A stretch of 64,000 nucleotides of DNA from Ginglymostoma cirratum (lineage: Eukaryota). This document shows positions 1-14,559 of this stretch, piece after piece. The stretch covers positions 37,935,770 through 37,999,769 of the forward strand of contig JAHRHZ010000018.1 in assembly GCA_024137785.1 (NCBI GenBank), in the 5' to 3' direction. The position numbers and the translations under genes were made by a program. The notes beneath the pieces are model-generated. The model was not told the DNA's origin, did no database searches, and was given only the letters and a program-made list of their open reading frames with translations. Within the stretch, counting starts at the first letter, position 1. Each line of letters begins with the position of its first letter.

Positions 1-2631
1 TGGATCTCAAGGGTGGCAGGAAGGACGAGTGATCATTAATTCGGATAAATGACAGCCTGGCTGGGCAGCGAACAATGAAATTGAAAAGTGGACTTGGGGA
101 AATCTTAGACTGGCTGAATGTAGATGTTGGAGCTCTTTGGGCTGCGGAGAACAGATGATAGTGTAATGTTCAATCAAGAATCTCTTACTTCCATATTTAG
201 AGATAAATAACTTACTTCTTTTGTTGCAGTTTTTTCCGAGCACAACCATTTTGCAGAGCTGTCTCAGGCGCAAAACTGTCCTGCAATGGGGCCCTCAAGC
301 AGGCGTTAAGCTTTGGTAAAGGACTTCACTTATTTGGTTTACCCAATAGGACAGGCAACGGACTTGTATCTACCTGTGCTTGCTTGCTTGTTTTTCATTT
401 AATGGGAGCCTGCTTAAAACCTGAAAACTGGAGACTATACAGTTCAATCTCTAGGCTGAGTCATGCCTATAGGAAATGTGCGTGAATATTAAATTTATAA
501 ATTAAACTATACAGATATGGAACCAGTTTCACTTTGGATTGTTTCCACTTTCAGATTTCACTGACATCCTTGGAGAATGCACACAAATCTTCTATTACCA
601 GGTCATTACAACTACAGCGGTTTATTCCTGGCAGTGGCAACTAAAACTTGTAAATTCCCTTTTGAGTTTCTTTCGCCATTAAAATCCAAAATGGTTCAAA
701 ATGATCATTAACAGGGGCATCCCTCAATTTATTAAAAACAGAAAATATTTGACAGATTAAAAATTTTGATAGCAAAGAAAAATCACTGTTTCCTAAAATG
801 TCTAGCGTGTGAAGTAAAGTCATGACTAGTAATGAGGATGCAACAACCAATCACTGCACTGGTAATGAGGGGCTTTTCATGCTTCTGAAGCAGCTAATGA
901 GATACTTGATCCCTTTTAATTCAACAAGTCTGAACCTTTGACTATGTAATGCAAGATAATGGTTCACAAAAAAAAAACAACAAAAGTAGCATAAAACATG
1001 TTTCAGCAAGAGTCCCAGAGTATGGTGTATGTAGAGCTGAAACAAATTAGGATCAGTATGGAATTTAAGCTCCTTTACTATATATAATATTCAGAAAAAT
1101 AAAAAAAAGTATGTATCTGACAGAGACAACAAACTCCTCCTACTGGCTGCAGATTCAGAAAAGATGCGCTTGTCTAAAGAGCAGCAAATAGGTAAAGCAT
1201 GAACATGGTGTGCTGGAATCGTGAAACATATGCACAAGGTAAGTTTACGTAAAGTCACATCCACTAAGAATATTACCAACATAAAAAGGAAGTGTTAGTG
1301 GGGTTGCTGCAAGTTAAGTCTCAAAAGTAATGAAATGCTACATTTTACTTACCTTTAAAAACTATTTTCAGAGTAAATGTACTGCAGGAAGAAACATCCA
1401 TGACACCACCATTGCAATTTCTAATCTGACCAATCTTACCTTGATGTGCAAAACTCCCATGTATTAGGACAGCAGTAAATGACAAGTGCCAGCTGGATTC
1501 ACATGTCTGAAGTATTCAAATTGCATGAGGCAACAATGGTGGATTTGCTTGACAGAAACTGCAAAACCACTCAGGACATGATACATAACAAAGTAGCAAC
1601 ATACATGTAGAAAGAAAGGATACTTTGGCATGTGTGTACACACTTCAAAAGATGTTGAGAGTGATGTATATACAAATTAGGAACAGAAGTAGGTCACTCA
1701 ACTGTCCGAACTTCAGCAAGATCATGGCTGATGTGAACAAGTGCAGAGGAAGACACCAGCTGTTAGTGAATAAAGCTATAGTGATAGTGGTTGATACAGT
1801 GATGTAGGGGAAAGCAGTGGGAAGGTAGCCCAGCATACTATCTTCTACTAGTAATATACTGAGGTACTAATGGATCTTCTACTAAAGTGGTTGCAATGTA
1901 CAAAGGAAGCAGTTATTTCCTACAGCCTACATTAGAAGATGGCTGGAGTGTCAGAAAGAACCAAATACCCAGTTACATACTGCCAGCTCTTGCAATGCGA
2001 TGTCAAAAACAATGTTTTTGTGCGCCTCCACTGAGTACCTGGCAGCATTTGCAATTGAGAGTTGTGTCATAAAGAGACCAAAATTTCACAAAAGAGAAAT
2101 CTGCCTGATGACGAAAAAGATTGTCGGCCTTTGTCTCAAATTTCTTCTGTGAAAGTATAACTTGTACAAATTGGTTTGAGAATGGTTAAGCATAATATAA
2201 CCAGAGTCAGCTAAAGAGAAGGTAGGAGCATTTTGAAGGATTACAGAGGGCCAATTTCCAATGTTGAAACAGATTTATAGGCATTGTAAATACATGCCCT
2301 TCACCTCATACATAGAGATGCACCGCAGCAATCCGCTGGAACTCATGTTAATAGTTGCTCAGTACATTACATAACTCTGCACAGATGTCAGTAGGCACTA
2401 TCTTTGAAAATACTGGAGCAACAGAAACTACAGCTCCAGAGATTGCTGTCCTCTGTGATTGTATTAGGGTTGGTTACATGCAGAGATACTCTATGTAATG
2501 CCACACTGCCAACTGGACAAGTACATAATATTAAGACACATCTATAATTATAAAGAAGGTTATGGTGTGAAAGATAGGTTGGACAACCTTGTGAAATTAA
2601 ATCATGCATTTTTTTTCTGATACTGGGTGTG

Positions 2632-3152
2632 TGCATTAATTGCGTACAGTTCTGGTCACCCCATTACAGGAAGGATGTGGAAGCATTGGAAAAGGTGCAG
2701 AGGAGATTTACCAGGATGTTGCCTGGTCTGGAGCGAAGGTCTTATGAGGAAAGGCTGAGGAACTTGGGTCTGTTCTCATTGGAGAGAAGGTGGCCAAGAG
2801 GGGATTTAATAGAGACATACAAAATGCTCAGAGGATTAGATAGGGTGGACAGTGAGAGTCTTTTTCCTAGGATGATGTCGGCTAGTACGAGGGGGCATAG
2901 CTGCAAATTGAGGGGTGATAGATTTAAGACAGATGTCAGAGGCAGGTTTTTTACTCAGAGTGGTAAGGGCGTGGAATGCCCTGCCTGCCAATGTAGTTAA
3001 CTCAGCCACATTAGGGGCATTTAAACAGTCCTTGGATAAGCATATGGATGATGATGAGATAGTGTAGGGGGATGGGCTTAGTTTAGTTCACAGGTCGGCG
3101 CAACATCGAGGGCCGAAGGGCCTGTTCTGCGCTGTACTGTTCTGTGTTCTAT
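2632..3152 (+). mobile_element. CR1-type LINE 3' fragment, relatively young
   Basis: ORF CVQFWSPHYRKDVEALEKVQRRFTRMLPGL...RGDLIETYK...TRGH is the typical CR1 ORF2 C-terminus; followed by 3' UTR and a short-repeat tail. Confidence 0.92.
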
Positions 3153-3309
3153 ATTGGGAAAGAGGTGTTCTTTTGAAATGTTGCCAATGTTCATCAGTAA
3201 GACTCTTCTTTCATAAAATTAAAAAGCACTACTTTCCTCAAGATGGCTGGTTACACAAGCAAATTACTGCCAGTGCGGATCTTAGCAATATCTCAATCAT
3301 TATTTATCA

Positions 3310-4470
3310 TGTCTGACAAATTTACTGAGCATCTTTGAGGTAGTAACAAGCAGGATAAAATGAAACCAGCAGGTGTAATATATTTGGATTTCCAAAAGGC
3401 ACTCAATAAAGGTACCATAAATAAAGCTACTTAATAACAACCTATGGTTTTGGCGTTACGTATTAACATGGATAGAGAATCGGCTAAGAAACAGATGCCA
3501 GAGAATTTTGATAACGGGGCATTTTTCAAGATGTCAACCTATAACTAGTGGGATGCTACAGGGCTGAGTGCTGGGGCCACACTATATTAATGACTTGGAT
3601 AACAGAAGTAAAATTACTGTCGTTAAGTTTGTGAATAACAAGAACAGGTAAGAAGGCAAGTGGTGACGATGACAAGGCGTTACAGAAAATACAAACAGGT
3701 GAAGGAAGTGGGGAAAAAACTTGGCATATGGAATTTAATGCAGGAAACCGTGGGGTTATACATTTGGTAAGAAGAGGAAGAGATTATTTAAATTAAAAAA
3801 GAATGCAGAAAGCTTCAGCATAAAGCAATCCGGGGGTCCTTGTATATGAATCACAAAAAGCTTACATCCAAATTCAACAGCTAATCGGAAAGACAAATGG
3901 ACTGTTGGCCTTTACTTCAAAGGGAAAGGAATATAAAAATAGGGAAGTCTCACTAAAACTATACAAGTTCTTTAGTCAGATCACATGTAGAATAATGTGC
4001 ACAGTTTTGGTCCCCTTATCGAAGGAAAGACGTATTGACATTGGGGACTGCCTAGATAAGCCTCATTAGGTTGATCTTGGTGTTTGAAAGTACTGTCTTA
4101 CAAGGAGACGTTGAGTAAGTTGGATCTGGAGTTTAGGAGAATGAGGTGCAACCTTACTGAAACATTTAAGATTCTTTTGGGGCTTGTGTAGATGTGGGAG
4201 AATCAAGGACCAGTTGTGATTGCAGAGAAAGAAGACAGACACATAATCAGAGGGTAGTGTGAATCTGTAGGATTCTTTACCATAGAGGGCTGTAGAAGCT
4301 GGGTCATTAACAATATGCCAATGCTTAGATAGCCAGATATTTAATCAGCATTGTAATCAAAAGGTATGGGAAAAAAGGCAGAGAGAATTATATTAGCAAT
4401 ACTCTCAATGAAAAGCAGAGTAGACTTGATAGGCCAAATGGCCTAATTCTGCTCCAAAGTCTTTTGGTCT
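3310..4470 (+). mobile_element. Decayed CR1-type LINE fragment
   Basis: Degenerate RT-region DNA (ttggatttccaaaaggc, cagggctgagtgctggggcc, cagttttggtccccttat) and a ggccaaatggcctaattctgctcc tail. Confidence 0.85.
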
Positions 4471-5762
4471 GGTGGACAAGCCTGGACCTCACTGGTTGAT
4501 ACTTTGTGGTTGCACCTAGGTTCAGTCACTGCCAAGACAGCACCTCATGAGTCAGAGATATCTAATACAATTCATGCTTCTTTTCTTATACTTTCTCTAA
4601 CACTACAAAAGCAAAATCATGACACTATTCTTGTTGCTTACAACTCTTTGAATTCATAATCTGGAACTCAACATTTACTGTCTCTCTGTAGTTGTCAGAG
4701 CCTGTACTGATTGCTCATTCACAATTATTCATTTGGCCTTTAATATGCACTCTGAAACAAGCACTGCTTCTTGAAGTTAAGAAATCTCTAGGGCACAAAA
4801 TGCGAATATGTTGGAACATCCTCCCCAGGTTACACAGCTCTTGAGATTTTTCATAAAGCTTTTCGAACAGAGTAATGACTGCCCTACCATCATCTGTTTC
4901 ATGATAAGCAATTATATTTATGTACAAGAGTAAGTAAGTGATTTAGATTTCTAATTTCCCATATATTTAACTTGTGGGTGGTATCTATTGGGCAAGGTCC
5001 TTTAAAAATGACAGTTTACCCATTCAATTATAGAGCTTTATTTTGTTCTGAACACTAAAAAGATAAAGGAAAGTCTAGACGAATTTTCAATGTTTGAAGA
5101 ATTCCATCCTTCAATATCTGAATAAGAAGAGGAAAAATTGGAAATACTACAAGAAATATCCTAAATAATCACATCATGGGTCCTTTCCCGTCCTCTACGA
5201 ATCTCAAATTGCACGTAAGTTTCACAACATAGTTTCTGCCAAAATACTGGACCATCAGCAGATCGTAAACCCATCAGCATCTCTGGCAGACTTTTCCACA
5301 GTTGTCAACTGAGTCCAGCTATTAGTATCATTCTTCTGAACTGAGAGGACAGGTGAGATCATGGACTGGATCTGTGAAGGGTACAAGTCCTAATTAAGGG
5401 CCTGCAGCAGGGTCTGAACAGCTCACCTAATCATGGACGTGAGGTGGCAGTGACAGAAATGGAGGAGAGATCTGGAAAAGCAGACCCCTGGGCATTGCAC
5501 TTTCCCTTAGATTTCTGCTGAGAAATGTGAAGAATGCAGTGAGACATCCTTCTTCAAGAATGGGAGGAACTGACTAGCATCATGACAGAGATTGGAAATG
5601 TTATCTCATCTGGTGCACTGGGAAGGGGGGCTTGTTCCAGTAGACAGCAATGTCAGCAATGACCTGCGAAACTTGAACTCCATCAGTGGTTCTCAAATGC
5701 ACTGATACCCTGCTTGATGATCCTACACTTTAGGGTCCTGGCTCTTTGGAGGCTGTTCTAAA

Positions 5763-6985
5763 ACCATAAGAAATAGGTACAGAAGATGGCTATTCGAACC
5801 CTTGAACCTGCTCCTCCATTCAGTAGGATTATTGCTGATCTGACATTCCTCGCATCCACTTTCTTGCCTTTTCCCTGTAACCGTCGACTCCCTTACTGGT
5901 CATGAATCTCTCTCTCTCAACCTTAAATATACACAAGGACTCTATCCCTGCAGCTCTCTGTGGCAAGGAGTTCCAAAGACTTTTAACCCTCAGAAGAATT
6001 TCCTCCTTATCTCAGTCTTAAATTGGTGCCCCTTTATTCGGAGACTGTGCACTTTCTTCCTAAACTCTCCCATGAGGGGAAACAATAATCCAGCACTTAC
6101 CTGTGAAACCCTTTAAAGGATCCTGTATGTTTCAATGGGATCAGCTCTCACTCTTCTAAACCCCAATGAGTAGATTCCCAACCTGTTTAGCCTTTGTACA
6201 CAAGACTATCCGTCCATACCAGAGATCATCAAGGTGCACCTTCTGAGCTGCATCCAATGAAACAATATCTTTCCTTAAATAAGGGGACCAAAGCTGCTCA
6301 CAATATTGTAGATGTGGACTCACCAGCACCTTGCACAGTCGCTGTAAAGCATCCCTACTTTTAAACTCCAACTCCCTTGATAAAAGGGCCAACATTCCAT
6401 TCACCTTCCTGATTACCTACTGTACCTCTGTGCTAACTTTGTGTTTTATGCAGATTTCCTCATTTTAAAATAATATTGTTCTTTTGTTCTCCCTTCCAGG
6501 AGAACAACTTCTCATTTTCCACATACCACTCCATTTGGCAACTCACATAAACTAATGATATCTCTGTAAACTGCTGTATTCCTTTTGCAAATTGCCTTGC
6601 TACTTAGTTTTGCGGTATTGCAAATTTGGCTACAGTACATTTGCTTCATTCCTCCAAGTCATTAAAATATATTGTAAAAGTTGTGGTTCCAGCACTGATC
6701 CCTGTGAAATCCCACTAATTCTAGTTGCCAATCTGAAAAAAGCCTTCATCCCCATTTTCTGCTTCCTGCCCATTAGCCAAATCTCTGTCCATACTAACAG
6801 GCTACCTCCAAGACCACAGGCTCTTATGACTTAACTTTTCATGAGGTATCTTGTCGAACACCTTCTGCAAGTTTACATAGAATGCATCTACTGGGTCCCC
6901 TCTAGCCACTCAGACTTCCTCGAAAAACTTGAATGAAATTGGTCAGACATGATTTCCCTTTCATGAAGCCTATAGTTACCTGCTT
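5763..6985 (-). mobile_element. Decayed CR1-type LINE fragment
   Basis: ORF 6156-6404 NGMLAL...LVSPHLQYCEQLWSPYLRKD; the 3' tail is at ~5763. Confidence 0.88.
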
Positions 6986-7419
6986 TTTTGCCTTCCTCCC
7001 TTTGTGTCCATCTCCTCTGTCCTGTGGACTGACATGTGGCTGAAGAGAAGACATTTGGTGTTGCTGCTGCAAGCACCATTGTTCTTCATTAGAGATATGA
7101 GGTATAGCTCAATAAGCCACAGTGAAGGTAGGTAGCAGGAACTGCAAGTAATATTGATTGAAGACCAATTCAGGCAAAATGACTTTCAAGGAGTTAATTG
7201 TCTTTCACTGTGACTACTAATGAAAGTATTAAGAAAAAAAAAAACAGCAGGAAAGGTATTGAATGTCTGACCTATTAGATGCTATCCAGGCAGCGGCTGG
7301 ACTGGGGTCAACCAAGAATTATTCGGGGTGGTCCAATGCCAACTTTTCCTATTCATTTTCAAACCCCACGCTCCAAGTGAAATCTGTCTGATGCTAGGCT
7401 CTTTGTCAAGGTCACCTTT

Positions 7420-8365
7420 ATGGGATTCGCCTTGCAGCAGTCCTTGAGAAAGGTGTCCTTGAGAAAAGATAGTGAATTGTCTTCATTAATTGCTACAATT
7501 CAATGCAGAGACACCTACAGTGTTACTAGGGAGGGAATTTCAGGGTTTTAATCCAACAATTATAGAACAGCAATGCAGTTTCAATTCAGGAAAGCGCGCA
7601 GCTTGGGGAGTCTGCACGTGCTGGTGGTTACCATATGCCTGCTCTCCTTGTCCTTCTCATTGATTGTGGTGGGTTTGGAGCTACTGTTGAAGGAGCAGAC
7701 ATCAGAGCATCTTGTACATGGTACACTCTGCACCCACAGTGAGTAATGGTGGAATGAATTAATGGGTTACATTGTGGTTCAAATCCGAGTCAAACAGACT
7801 GCTTTGTCTTGGATCGCATCAGGCTTCTTCACCAGGCATGTGGAGATTATTCCATCACACTCCTGACTTGTCAAATACAGATTGTGGAAACCCTGGGGAT
7901 AAAGCAATGAGTCACTTGCCATAGAATACACACTTTCTGATCTGCTTTTGTAGCTACACTGGCTATTCAGTTAAGTGACAGATCCCTTGCCATCAATATA
8001 CTGAGACTACCAATGACTGGAAACAATGTTAATACAACTGAATTTTATGGGGAGACAAAAGTTCTGCTTATAAAGATTATCACTGCCTGTCACTTGTATA
8101 ATATGAATGGTTCTTGTCACTATTAGTCCTAGCCTTATTTGTTGCATGCAGACATACTCTACTTGATTATCTGAGGAGTTGTAAATGCAACCTGAATTTT
8201 ATAATCCATCAACAAACATTCCTGGCTCTGGAGAGAAACTCATTGATTATGCAGCTAAAGACAGTTAACCCCAAGATGCTGACAAGAAGAAGAGCAGCAG
8301 CAATATCCTGGGACTGAAATAATTGGTCTCAGCGACCATCCTATGTGCTAGGTACAACACCAGTC
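7420..8365 (-). mobile_element. Old LINE-like fragment, different family
   Basis: Resembles recurrent shark non-LTR retroelement sequence (gagcatcttgtacatggtacac, tattccatcacactcctgacttg) from recall; no intact ORF. Confidence 0.5.
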
Positions 8366-9744
8366 AGTGACGATACATCAAAGTCACAACTTACAACGTT
8401 GAATGTCTCCTCCAAAGCACCTGAATTATCGCATCTGGTAAATTTCTTCTAGGCAGTGCTGCTAGAAGTATGCCAGCGTAATCAAAACCCTATTTTGCCT
8501 GATTCACCATATCCACCACGATGCCAGTCTTTTGGAGGTCTTTACTCATCCACCTGGCAATTTATGGGTTGGAAGAAGGGCAGGTGCAGAGTTGCATCAT
8601 CTGTTAGTTGGACATCTGTGTCTTTCACGCAGCACTGGGCTAACACAAGTAGGTGAGCTTCGATGTTGACAATTGGGAACAGTGCTGTGGAGTAGCAGAA
8701 TGTTATCCTACCTGCAACTATTTCATGTCGGACTACTGCTATTGTCCCAGACATTAAATAAATGGTCAGGGGCTCAGCTTGTGTTTTTTTTTCCTTCACA
8801 GGTAGTTATTATTCTTAATAACTTGTTTCCTTGCAGTTTTGGTAAAGGCTGCTATGGGTTTTGATGCTTTTTGAGGTTTCTCAAAGTTTTTAAGAACTTG
8901 TGCCTTTCTGCAGGGCTTTAATCTTTTACTGTCATAATCCTTCACATCTCAGTTATTAAATTATTTAATTCAGCTATTAGCACAGAAGTTTCATTTGCAC
9001 CTTTAACCATGTGACCTGAGAAAATTATGTAAACTGTACGATGTGAATAATGGCAATCAAAAAACTTCTCTCATTCTTGACTTGTTTATGTAGTATCCTT
9101 CCTCTCTGTGGAAGAACTGAAAATTATCGTATGAATAAACTACACAAACCAGACAACTTTACAACAGTCTGTTTTGTTAAAAAAAAGGGAGAATAATGGA
9201 TACCTGGCAATGATTACAATGCAGTAATTTGATCGAAGGCTTGACATGGCACCATAAACTGTGAGAACAAAGCCTGAGTGGTTTATAACAGGCATCTGAA
9301 TCCCTAGATTAGATTACAGCCCTGTAATCACTTTTTAAAACATATACAGTTTTAATTTTAAGTGGAGCTTTATTCTATTTTCTGCTAGCAGCAGTTGTTC
9401 ATGCCAGCATCTCAACTGTCAATGCATTTAATGCTGCTGAATCTGGAAGTTTAACAACTACAACACAATCATCTTATATCCTCCTTGGGTACAATTTAGA
9501 AGTTAAACCCAAACATGCACCCAAAGTTGCAGTCAGTAATCTTTCTAATCTTTCCATAATATGTCCAAACTTAAATGGACGTAAATCAATAGGAATCAAA
9601 CAAGGCCAAATGAGTCATAAAAAAAAACTTAATAAGTCAGTGCATACAAGAACATGCAATTAGGGAAACGTGGATTTTAATGAGACATACTCAACATTTT
9701 TTTAAAAATAGAAACAAAAACCAAAAAAAAAAACAAAATAAAAA

Positions 9745-9975
9745 AAACTGTGGAAGCTGGAAATCAGAAAAAAAAAAAGAAATTGGTGGAAAATCTCATC
9801 AGGCCTGGAAGCATGCAGTGGGAAATCAGAGTGAACGTTTTGGGCCGAGTGACCCTTCCTCAGGACCAAGTTCAGAGTTCTGAAGAAGGGTCACTGGACC
9901 CGAAACATTAACTCTGATTTCTCTCCACAGCTGCTGCCAGAGGTGCTGAGATTTTCCAGCAATTTCTGCTTTTGA
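9745..9975. mobile_element. Palindromic Penelope-derived/MITE-like short repeat
   Basis: Imperfect arms: gaaatcagagtgaacgttttgggccgagtgacccttcctcag versus ctgaagaagggtcactggacccgaaacattaactctgatttc. Confidence 0.75.
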
Positions 9976-10649
9976 ACAGAAAATACAAGGCAGACCAGAA
10001 TTCTATTCCATATTTTCAAAGAGTAAAAACAAAAATAACATTCTCAAAAACAACAATTAAGAGCAGAAAAAACGTTTACTCATGCGCCTGAAAAATCGGA
10101 CACATTGCTGAGACATGTCTCCCAGCCCAAATAGTGCACTTGGATGATAATTATATTTGGGAGCTGAAATCGAGGTTGAGAATGGAAACCCATTGGAATG
10201 CCTGGTTAGAGTGGTAAACCATAATAAAAAACTTCTTGCATTGTAGTTAAAAAATAACTCATTAATATGCAAAGTTCAAAAAATTTGATTACGCCAAGAA
10301 TACATGTTTAACTGGGCTTAAAGACAGAGGCAATTTCAACTATTTCAGTAATATCATTAGCAAAAGTAAAAACACAATTGAGGATTCAGAGAGTTCTTTT
10401 GCATCTTCACAAGTGTCTATTATTTTAGAACAATTATCCTAATTGACTTTGGCAAGAACAAGTCTTTACTTTGCATGCTGTAACATTTTAGAGCGTAAAA
10501 ACTAGGGTGTAATCTAGAACTGTTCTGATCAAAAATACTGCAAATGCTAGAAACCTAACTAACAGAAAATACCGCAGATATTCAGGTGAGACAACATCTG
10601 CAAAGAAACCAAGAAGTTGACATTTTTCAGAACTGGAATATATTGCAGA

Positions 10650-12300
10650 TGAGCATATGAACGAGGAGTAGGCCATTCAGCCCCTCAAGCCTTCTTCACA
10701 TTTCAATAAGATCATGGCTGATCTGACTGCAACCTCAAATCAGCATTCCCACCTAACCTTGATAACCTTTCACCCTCTTGCTTAATAAAAGGCTATTATA
10801 CCTGCCTTAAAAATATTCAAGAAAATAGTACAAAAGATTCTCACCCCTCAAAGAAAGAAAAGCCTAATCTCTGTAATAAATGGGCAATCCCTGACTTTTA
10901 TCCAGTAATCGCTATTTCTAGATTCTCATCTAAGAAGAAATATCATCTTCTCAAACTTGTTACCATGTCAAGACCCCTCAGGACCTTGTGTTTGAATCAA
11001 GTTACCTTTTAACTCAGCTCCACTGGATACAAACATTTCCTCACAAAACAACCCCTCATTCCAACTGATTAGTCAGATAAACTTGCACTGAACATTAACG
11101 TCCTTTCTTCGAAAAAAGGTGACAGATGCTGATGAACAGTACTCTAGAATGCAGTCTGTATAACACTATAACTGAAGCATAACTTCCCTGCTTTTGAATT
11201 CAATTTCCCTTGTAATAAACTATAATATGCTATTAGTTTTCCTAATTACTTACTATATTGGCATACTAAACTTTTGTGATTCGTGGACAGGTTGTCTAGA
11301 TCCCTTTGTATCTTCAGGTTCTCTAATGTCTCATTTTTGAAAATATGATCCTTTATTCTTCCTGCCAAAGTAGGCATTAAAATTTTCCCATATATTACAT
11401 TTCCCAGATCTTTGCCTACTCACTTTTTATCTTGTTGTAGACTCATTACGTCCTCTTTGCAATTTACATTCCTACCTAGATTTATGACATCAGTAAACAT
11501 GGCAACGACATCTTGCATCCCTTAATCAATGTCATTTTTGTAAACTGTACACAGTTGAGGCATGAGAACTGATCCCTGTGGCACAACACTAATTGCAGCT
11601 TGCCAAATGGAAATTAATGCCTTCCCATTTGCCAGCCAATATTCTAACCATACCAATATGTCACCTCCTACATCACGAACTTTTGTTTTCCACAATGACC
11701 TGTAATGTGCCATGGTATCAAATACCTTGTGGAAATCAAAACACAGTACATCTGTCAGTACCCCTTTATCAACAGCATGTGTTACCTCCTCAAAAAAACA
11801 AATAGACTTGTCACTTGGGTTTTCCTTACACAAAACCACATTGACTCTGCCTGGCTACCTGGAATTTATTGCCCTACTGCAAAACCTTCAATAATAGCTT
11901 TGAACATTTTCCCATATAAGAAATTAAGTTAACTGGCCTATAGTTTCCTGCTTTTTGTCTCCACCTCTGTCCCCTTTTTGAATAAGGAAGTTTTATTTGT
12001 TATCTGGCAATGTAATGTGACCATCCGTGAAAAATTAAAACTAGCACATCGATTATGTCACCGGCCCCTTGTTTTAAAGGCCCAAAGTTGTAGCCCATCA
12101 GGTCCTGCACACTTGCCAGCTACTTCTCCAAAGATTTACTCAGTGCTGTTTCTCTGGTGACTGTGATTTTCCCGAATTCCTCCCTCCCATCTCCCGATTA
12201 TTGCTGAACCTGGTGTGTTTCTTGTATATTGAAGGCCAATGCAAAATAGGGGTTCAATTCACCTTCCACCTCCTTATTTGCCATTATTAATTCTGCAACG
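10650..12300 (-). mobile_element. Decayed CR1-type LINE fragment
   Basis: ORF 11522-11839 FFEEVT...DVLCFDFHKVFD...VVPQGSVL carries RT motifs; tail gagtaggccattcagcccctc at ~10665. Confidence 0.88.
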
Positions 12301-14189
12301 TTTTCTTTCTAAAAAAAAAAAATTGAATCAACCATCACTTTAACTTTAATGTTAAAAAATATTTACAGAAACACATACTATCTGGTTTTATACTTTTGGT
12401 CAGCTTTGTCTCAGTTGAACTTTTCCATCATTAATTTTTGTTTTTTATTTTGAAAACAAGCAGAATGTAACAAAGAAAAAAGGAGAAAAGGAAAACTGAA
12501 CATCGCAATTCCGTACACAGTAAAATAAATATAATGGCTTATAAAATGCATATATGAAGAGAGATGATTAAAATGGGAGTAGTGGAACCTATAATCAGGT
12601 AAAGATTTTCTAATTGGCTAAGAAGTCACAGGTGTCAACCCTAAGATTTTACAGTGAACAGAATTTTTAAGCAGGGCATTTCTATCAAAGGATTGCCCAT
12701 AAAATTCATGTTTTAGTAGGTTTCTATGCTTTTAGACATGCAATATGCAGAAAACTTGCAAATGTAAAAAAATGTTTGTTTTCTCTTTCTTAAACCCTTT
12801 TCTAGAATACATAGGTCATGGATTTGGATAGCAAATGTTTGTACATCAGTTGTCAGAAGATGAATGAAGTTTCATTTCATCTAGACATCCTAGCAGCTCA
12901 AATAAAGAAATGGTATAACCTAATGAATGTTACAGTCCAAAACACAGTTCTGATATATGTAATAGATTTATTCTTAGAAAAGGCAAATAAGCACTTTTAG
13001 AACAGGGTTACTAGCTTGGGAAAAGAGTGGTCATACTAACATATCATCCTGCTAAGTATTGATTATCACCTGATAAGCTTTCAGGGAGAGCACAATCATG
13101 AATTCCTCGATGGAGACAGCATAATATACTAAGGCTAAATATCTCAAAAGATGCCCTGCATCAATGAAAAATTCTTAATTCAAATCACACCACAAAATAC
13201 ACGCAGTTACATAGTCTAATCTACGAAGGAAATTTCAAGTGGCTTTTTCATCCTTCATTTCAGACTATATCATTACATTTTTTTTTGCAATGAGAAAAGG
13301 GTCCTGATTTTCATCCCCAAATTTTGCAGGAAATGGGAAGACAGTATATTTAAAATCAGAGGTCAAAAAGTTAATACCCTATCTATCCTGGCAGTCAGAC
13401 TGTCAATCGGCAACTAAAGCTCCACTGAAACGGGCAAGGGCCTCATCATGCCATGTTAGAACCCTCTGATTCACAGAGTAATTTTCCATTAGCAGTAGGT
13501 AGATACCAAATCCTTGAAAGCTTAAACTTGGGATGCCTTGTTCCCCTCTTTTGTAAAATAATGATTTTGATTCATGGACAAACAGTGAAATATCCTGTTT
13601 CCCCTCCCAATAGCAAGCTACACATTAAGAGATTTAAAAAAAAACAAAAACAAAAAACGAACAAACAATCGGAATATTAAACAAGGCTGGCAAATGCTAA
13701 TGGGCAGGCATACTAATCATGTGAATCACAATACATCAATGCATACCACACACTGGACTCTATCCTGCTATATATAAATGCAAGGGAGTTTCTTCCATTA
13801 TTTAACAGAAGTAGACAATCTTACTGAGAGCACACTGAATCAGCTGGTTTGGTAACTCTTGTCTAGCCTTTTCTGTACCAAATAAAAATTGGCAACATCA
13901 TACTAATACCAACTGGAATCACTGATGTGTCATTCTACAATGCGAAACCTCTAGAAAAAAAATAAACAAAATTATTTAGGAGCGTGCATGTACAACTGTA
14001 CAATTTTCTGGGATTTCTCCCTTGTGGTGTATGACTCTCAAGCACTTTAATAGCTCCAATATAGGAACTTGGTAGACTGGCAGGCAGTGCATTGTCAAAG
14101 CTTTGCATTCTTGCTTGGAAAAACAAGGTTGACCCATTTTTTCTAATGAAACATCTTTCATAATGCAATGTGAACATACCGAAAAAAAT

Positions 14190-14323
14190 AAATTGCCCAT
14201 AGCGTTCAGGGTTGTGTAGATTAGGTGGGTTATAGGGGAATGGGTCAGGGTGGGATGCTCCAAGGGTTGGTGCGGATTTGTTGGGCCAAAGGGCCTGTTT
14301 CCACACTGTAGGGATTCTATGAT
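14190..14323 (+). mobile_element. HE1-like SINE, 3' half
   Basis: ttgttgggccaaagggcctgtttccacactgtagggattctatgat; inverse copy of 18389-18557 and related to 41036-41420. Confidence 0.75.
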
Positions 14324-14559
14324 ATTAAAAAAACTTAAATTGTAAAGAAAACAAGTGGGCAGTCACATCATTTTCTATCTCCATGATAGATACAGACACA
14401 CACACACACACACCCCCTTCATATCTGCACTGCAACCTATAACAAGCATACAAACTAAATTTGCTTTCCTCTTGAAAAATGAATTAAAAAAAAAGCATCT
14501 GTGTAAATTACATAAAACATGAATCGTTTGAATTTTTGAAAGCAAAAATCAAGCCCCTG

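Noticed and set aside
6085-6115. Recursive-splice-like CAG|GTAAGT on the PROX1 strand (also AAG|GTAAGT near 1350)
   Set aside because: Weak polypyrimidine tracts; the first lies inside a decayed CR1, so chance is likely.
8456-8864. Overlapping short ORFs with scattered splice-like signals
   Set aside because: No recognisable homology and no coherent exon structure; not the missing PROX1 exon.
10110-10121. p53-family half-site AGACATGTCT
   Set aside because: A single half-site with no matching partner.
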